This document shows positions 60,071-64,000 of a stretch of DNA of 64,000 bases, in pieces. A model generated the notes under the pieces. The model was not told the DNA's origin, did not search any database, and saw only the letters and a program-made list of their open reading frames with translations. This DNA comes from Aliishimia sp. (GTDB lineage Bacteria > Pseudomonadota > Alphaproteobacteria > Rhodobacterales > Rhodobacteraceae). Each line of letters starts with the position of its first letter. Within the stretch, counting starts at the first letter, position 1. Location: the NCBI GenBank assembly GCA_039978895.1, contig JBDWAL010000055.1:274138-338137 (forward strand), in the 5' to 3' direction. The position numbers were made by a program, and so were the translations under genes.

Positions 60071-61276
60071 TTATACTGAAGTGGACGGGGGACGCGTTCT
60101 TAGGAACACCAACAACGCAAAGCACATCACGACCGAAGCCACAAAAAACGGGGCGCCGGGGATCGGGATTGCAGCGTCGGGCGTGCTAAACACAGCAAAT
60201 ACAGCCCCCATGACCAAAGGAGCGGGGATCATCGCGACAGCAGAGGCAGAGGTCAGCGCGCCTTGCAATTCTCCCTGGGCATCGTCGCCAACGGCTTTGG
60301 ACATCATGCCTTGCAAGGCTGGTGTGATGATGCCGGGAAGGGCCGCCAAGGGCGTAAGGATCAACAACCAAAAGCCAGAACTCATTGCGCCAATCAGGAT
60401 AAAAATAAGGATATCCCCAACATGACCATAGATGACACAACCGCGCTCCCCGAGCCAACGAATTGCGGGACGAATGAGCAAAGCTGATACAAGTGCAAAA
60501 GACAGCCCAAAGATCGTTAGGCTGAAGCCGATTGTCTGTTCTGACCAACCATAACGCGTCCCAGTATAGATCGCCCAGATCGAAGAATAGGACGCGAACG
60601 CCATCTGGTAGAGGAAGAACACAAATAGCAAGTTGCGCAAACCGGGAATTTTGCCAATAGAATTGAACGCGCCGAGAGGATTTGCACGGCGCCACTCAAA
60701 TGGCCGACGGATGCGATCATCGACAGTTTCGACAAGAACAATAGAGCCAAAGATCGCATTCCCAAACGCAAGCGCCGCTGCGACATAAAACGGCGCACGT
60801 GTGCCAAATCCAGCAAGTGTTCCGCCGAGAATAGGTCCGATCACAAACCCCATGCCAAACGCGGCTCCGATCAAACCAAAACGCGCGGCCTTTTCGTCGG
60901 GTTTCGAGATATCCGCCATATATGCAGATGCAGTTGAATTCGTGGCAGCCGTGATACCTGCGATAATCCGACCAAATAAAAGCACCCAAATCGATGTTGC
61001 CACGGCCATCACAAGGTAGTCGATGCCAAGAACAACAAGCGAGATTAACAAGACAGGGCGGCGGCCAAAACGGTCGCTAAGATTGCCAAGAACCGGGCCA
61101 AACAGAAACTGCATCAGCGAAAAAGTTGACGTTAAGATCACCAACCAAATTGCAATTGCAGCGGCGGTGCCTCCGTTGACCTGTTCGACCAAAGTGGGCA
61201 GCACAGGAATGATCAACCCGATACCGATCGCGTCAATCATAACGGTCAAAACAACAAACAGGACGGCCTTGTTCAT
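60071..61276 (-). CDS. MFS transporter (TCR/TetA-like)
   Basis: 401 aa with 12 TM and motif A GNLSDRFGRRPVLL. ATG overlaps the pcaB stop (ATGA). Confidence 0.85.
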   Translation of the reverse strand: MNKAVLFVVLTVMIDAIGIGLIIPVLPTLVEQVNGGTAAAIAIWLVILTSTFSLMQFLFGPVLGNLSDRFGRRPVLLISLVVLGIDYLVMAVATSIWVLLFGRIIAGITAATNSTASAYMADISKPDEKAARFGLIGAAFGMGFVIGPILGGTLAGFGTRAPFYVAAALAFGNAIFGSIVLVETVDDRIRRPFEWRRANPLGAFNSIGKIPGLRNLLFVFFLYQMAFASYSSIWAIYTGTRYGWSEQTIGFSLTIFGLSFALVSALLIRPAIRWLGERGCVIYGHVGDILIFILIGAMSSGFWLLILTPLAALPGIITPALQGMMSKAVGDDAQGELQGALTSASAVAMIPAPLVMGAVFAVFSTPDAAIPIPGAPFFVASVVMCFALLVFLRTRPPSTSV

Positions 61277-62583
61277 GTGCGCACAGCTTTGACAAAGGCA
61301 CGTGCATCCGCGGGGGCCGTCCCCAGCGCATGAGTTGGGTCAAACAGGGTGCGCGGCAAATCAGGCCAGCGTGCATGCGCAAGGTCTGGCAAGGGGGTGC
61401 GGGACACCCGCACCTCACGCGCAAGGTCTTTGACAGCCGCCTGCGCATCCGCGCGGGGCATCTGAGCGGCGAGCGCGAAACTAAGAGCCTCAGAGAATAT
61501 CAAGCCATCACCGCTCAAAGCTTGCATCATACGCCCTGTATCCGGTTCGATCTGAGACACGAGCGTTGCGCTATGACGTGCGGCTGTGGCCGCGCCCAGC
61601 ATGACCTGTGGCACGATCATCCACTCTGTAAACCACGCCGCACCATCGCGTTGAAAGCGGTGCATAGCAGCCCCCTTCAACGTCGTTTCGAAACCTTGAA
61701 GAACACGCGCTATGGCCAGCAGCACGGACGGCGTCACAGGATTTTGCTTTTGTGGCATGGTTGAGGATGCACCCGCCGCGCCAAGGCGCAGCTCACCCAC
61801 ATCCGATTGTGCCATAGACACAACATCCTCCCCCAGCTTCCCAAGTGCCGTGGCCACGTTTGTTGCAGCGGCGACGATGTTCAAAACGGGCATGCGATCT
61901 GTGTGCCAAGATCGTTCTGGGTCGGTTAGTCTTAGCGCGTCCGCAAAGGAGGACCGTAGGCCTGCCGGATCGTTCCCCAGCGCGGACCCAGTTCCGACCG
62001 CACCAGACAAAGAGGCCGGGAATGTCAGCGATGTTAGGTGTTTGTGAGCTTCAAGCAGCGGATAACCCCAACTTGCAACGACGGCTCCAAAGCTCGTGGG
62101 GGCGGCGTGTTGCGCATAGGTGCGTGCAATCATGGGGGTGGTTGCGTGTGTCTCTGCCAAATCGGCCAAATCTGTCAGGGTTCTACCGACGTCTTCGGTA
62201 ATTAATGCAACGGCTTGGCGTAATCGTAACATCAACCCAGTGTCGATGATATCTTGTGAGGTGGCCCCCCAATGCACGAATTGCGCGTGTTCGGGGGCTT
62301 GCATTTCTTCACGAAACTGAGCGACGAGCGCGGGAACGCTGACGCCGTTTAGGGCGGTCGCCGCACACAAGGCTCCGGGGTCGATTTGAATTTCGAGAGA
62401 CGCGCGATGGATGGCGGCAGCAGAGAGTTCGGGAATGACGCCCGTTGTTCCTTGGGTCTTTGCAAGAGTGCCTTCAACGACGAGCATTGCCCGTATTTCT
62501 GCAGATGCAGTGAACAACCGCGCGACGTCGCCCGCGTCAAAAAGGCCCGCGAGATGAGCCTGATCATGTACTGAGCCTGCCAT
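61273..62583 (-). CDS. pcaB: 3-carboxy-cis,cis-muconate cycloisomerase
   Basis: 436 aa from MAGSVHDQAHL. Fumarate-lyase superfamily motifs GATSQDIIDTG and SSTMPQKQNP. Clustered with pcaC and pcaD. Confidence 0.85.
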   Translation of the reverse strand: MAGSVHDQAHLAGLFDAGDVARLFTASAEIRAMLVVEGTLAKTQGTTGVIPELSAAAIHRASLEIQIDPGALCAATALNGVSVPALVAQFREEMQAPEHAQFVHWGATSQDIIDTGLMLRLRQAVALITEDVGRTLTDLADLAETHATTPMIARTYAQHAAPTSFGAVVASWGYPLLEAHKHLTSLTFPASLSGAVGTGSALGNDPAGLRSSFADALRLTDPERSWHTDRMPVLNIVAAATNVATALGKLGEDVVSMAQSDVGELRLGAAGASSTMPQKQNPVTPSVLLAIARVLQGFETTLKGAAMHRFQRDGAAWFTEWMIVPQVMLGAATAARHSATLVSQIEPDTGRMMQALSGDGLIFSEALSFALAAQMPRADAQAAVKDLAREVRVSRTPLPDLAHARWPDLPRTLFDPTHALGTAPADARAFVKAVRT

Positions 62584-62972
62584 TATTTTGCGCTTTCCTC
62601 GGCCCACACTTGCTTGGCGAGCTTTATGGCATGGTTTGCCTTGGGGACGCCTGCATAGATTGCAACGTGTTGAAAAGATTCAATTACATCGCTTTGACTG
62701 GCGCCGGTTCGGATGCAAGCCCTGATATGCATGGGGATTTCGTCAAAATTGCCAGTGGCGGCGAGTAAAGCGAGGGTCAGCATCGAACGCTCGCGCAAAG
62801 AAATCGCGCCAGATGCCCAAACCGTGCCCCACGCGCCTTCAGTAATCAGGGTTTGGAAGGGCACATCTTCAGCGGTTTTCATGGCTTCTGCGCGATCCAC
62901 ATGGGCATCGCCCAACACGTGACGACGTACAGCCATACCCGCGTCATACCGCTCTGAACTGGGCTTAGACAT
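62583..62972 (-). CDS. pcaC: 4-carboxymuconolactone decarboxylase
   Basis: 129 aa carboxymuconolactone decarboxylase-family protein (GAWGTVWASGAISLRERSMLTLALLAATG). Its stop overlaps the pcaB start (TAATG). Confidence 0.85.
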   Translation of the reverse strand: MSKPSSERYDAGMAVRRHVLGDAHVDRAEAMKTAEDVPFQTLITEGAWGTVWASGAISLRERSMLTLALLAATGNFDEIPMHIRACIRTGASQSDVIESFQHVAIYAGVPKANHAIKLAKQVWAEESAK

Positions 62973-63753
62973 GACCCACATCCTTCATGAACTTACTTAG
63001 CACATCTGCGAATTCCTTGGGTTGCTCGACACACGGTAAGTGGCCTGCGTTGCGGATCAGGTGAAACTTTGATGCAGGGATCAAATTGACGGTTTCCCGG
63101 ACGAGATCGGGTGGGGTGGAGCCGTCCTCAGAGCCTGCGATTCCAAGCGTGGGCAATCGCAACGCGGCGGTGGTGCTAAAGAAATCGGTTCCTGAAATTG
63201 CAGCAGAACATCCTGCATAACCTGCGTCTTCTTGGCGGGTCAGCATGTTGCGCCACAGTTCCAATTCTGGTGTGTCGCGGAACGGGGCTGAAAACCAGCG
63301 TTCCATTACGGCGTCGGCCAAACTTTCGATGCCGTGCTCGTTCACTGCTTTGATCCGGTCGTCCCATATCTGGCGTGTGCCGATCTTAGCGCCCGTGTTT
63401 GACAGCACCATAGCGCGTACCAAATCCAGCCGCTTGGCGGCCAAACCTTGTGCGATCATGCCGCCAATCGACAGTCCGACAAATAGCGCATCTTTGAAGC
63501 CGTGTTGATCCATAAGGCCTTGGACATCGCCAATTAGTGCGCCCATCGAATAGGGGCCACTCGGGCAGGTGCTTAGGCCGTGACCGCGCTTGTCATAGCG
63601 CAAAATTCGCAAACCTTTTGGCAAGAGTTGCAGGATCGGATCCCAAAGGCGCATATCGGTTCCAAGCGAGTTGGCGAAGACAACAGGTGCACCGTCATCA
63701 GGTCCATCAATTTGATAGTGCAGGCGTACATCGCCCATGTCGGCAAGTTTCAT
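62965..63753 (-). CDS. pcaD: 3-oxoadipate enol-lactonase
   Basis: 262 aa alpha/beta hydrolase with nucleophile elbow GLSIGG. Its 3' end overlaps the pcaC start by 8 nt. Confidence 0.85.
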   Translation of the reverse strand: MKLADMGDVRLHYQIDGPDDGAPVVFANSLGTDMRLWDPILQLLPKGLRILRYDKRGHGLSTCPSGPYSMGALIGDVQGLMDQHGFKDALFVGLSIGGMIAQGLAAKRLDLVRAMVLSNTGAKIGTRQIWDDRIKAVNEHGIESLADAVMERWFSAPFRDTPELELWRNMLTRQEDAGYAGCSAAISGTDFFSTTAALRLPTLGIAGSEDGSTPPDLVRETVNLIPASKFHLIRNAGHLPCVEQPKEFADVLSKFMKDVGHV

Positions 63754-63846
63754 GATGTTCCTCCGGGGTTTTGTCCTGGATATTCAATTGCGAGAATGCA
63801 CGCAACGAAGGGGGTGAAGGGCAACAAAGTTAAGATGCCCTTGTGG

Positions 63847-64000
63847 TTAACCTAGTCGAAAATGGGCCATAATTTGCCCGTGATCTGAGGCCAGTTTATT
63901 GTAAGGGGCTTCTGGGTGACTGCCATCTGTCAAATGGTCGTTCAGCACGCTGAAATATTCCATTTCCCCAAGGGAGCCATCCCAGCCGGGAATAAAATGG
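63847..64000 (-). CDS. C-terminal 50 codons of an unidentified gene entering from the right edge
   Basis: My minus-strand translation reads ...HFIPGWDGSLGEMEYFSVLNDHLTDGSHPEAPYNKLASDHGQIMAHFRLG*, with TAA at 63849..63847. No family recognised. Confidence 0.35.
   Translation of the reverse strand, partial: HFIPGWDGSLGEMEYFSVLNDHLTDGSHPEAPYNKLASDHGQIMAHFRLG

Noticed and set aside
63817-63842. AAGGGCA-N12-TGCCCTT hairpin just past the stop of the right-edge gene fragment, and similar short stems at 8725..8755 and 58800..58825, considered as terminators.
   Set aside because: The stems are short (6-9 bp, one with a bulge) and lack U-runs. They cannot be distinguished from chance by eye.

Overview
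Gene-dense chromosomal segment, roughly 53-55% GC by hand counts of sample lines. It looks alphaproteobacterial, most likely Rhodobacterales/roseobacter-like, judging from a Hint-domain protein, a SPOR protein, DUF1330/DUF952, pcaDCB, PrpE and many stop/start overlaps. I support about 60 protein-coding genes, one pseudogene and a few regulatory sites and terminators. By eye I saw no rRNA, tRNA, CRISPR, IS element, integrase or prophage genes. Content, left to right: (1) housekeeping genes (nadK, glyA, an LpxL-like acyltransferase); (2) a minus-strand block of two paralogous Cys-motif secreted proteins, SCO, TetR, PspA/IM30 and a YiaAB-like protein; (3) a class III cyclase, prpE, a MepA-like peptidase and maeB; (4) the nucleoside salvage operon cdd-deoA-deoB-upp; (5) a SPOR protein, an acyl-CoA ligase and a DMT-sulfotransferase pair; (6) a Hint-domain protein next to a low-GC islet with an orphan NIT-HAMP chemoreceptor; (7) a ~10 kb minus-strand beta-oxidation supra-operon (MerR, two acyl-CoA dehydrogenases, GST, fadA, fadB) with three embedded unknown genes; (8) tandem PaaI thioesterases plus a MATE pump; (9) arsC-pyrD-DUF1330-DUF952; (10) a 5'-nucleotidase and SRAP; (11) a LysR regulator divergent from gcdH, plus an orphan fused E1 alpha/beta TPP enzyme; (12) a decayed VOC gene, a methyltransferase and an M19 dipeptidase; (13) a cyclase-FHA fusion; (14) an ADH / BBOX-like Fe-2OG oxygenase / PhnZ-like HD protein / enolase-superfamily operon; (15) pcaD-pcaC-pcaB-MFS. 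The best leads for undescribed biology are: the four-gene oxygenase operon, a candidate variant C-P bond cleavage pathway; a TetR regulon defined by four copies of TGAAC-N3-GTTCA that links it to a PspA/IM30 module beside an uncharacterised SCO-associated secreted-protein pair; and the unknown genes translationally embedded in the fad operon. All functional calls come from motif recognition in the translated ORFs. No database search was run.
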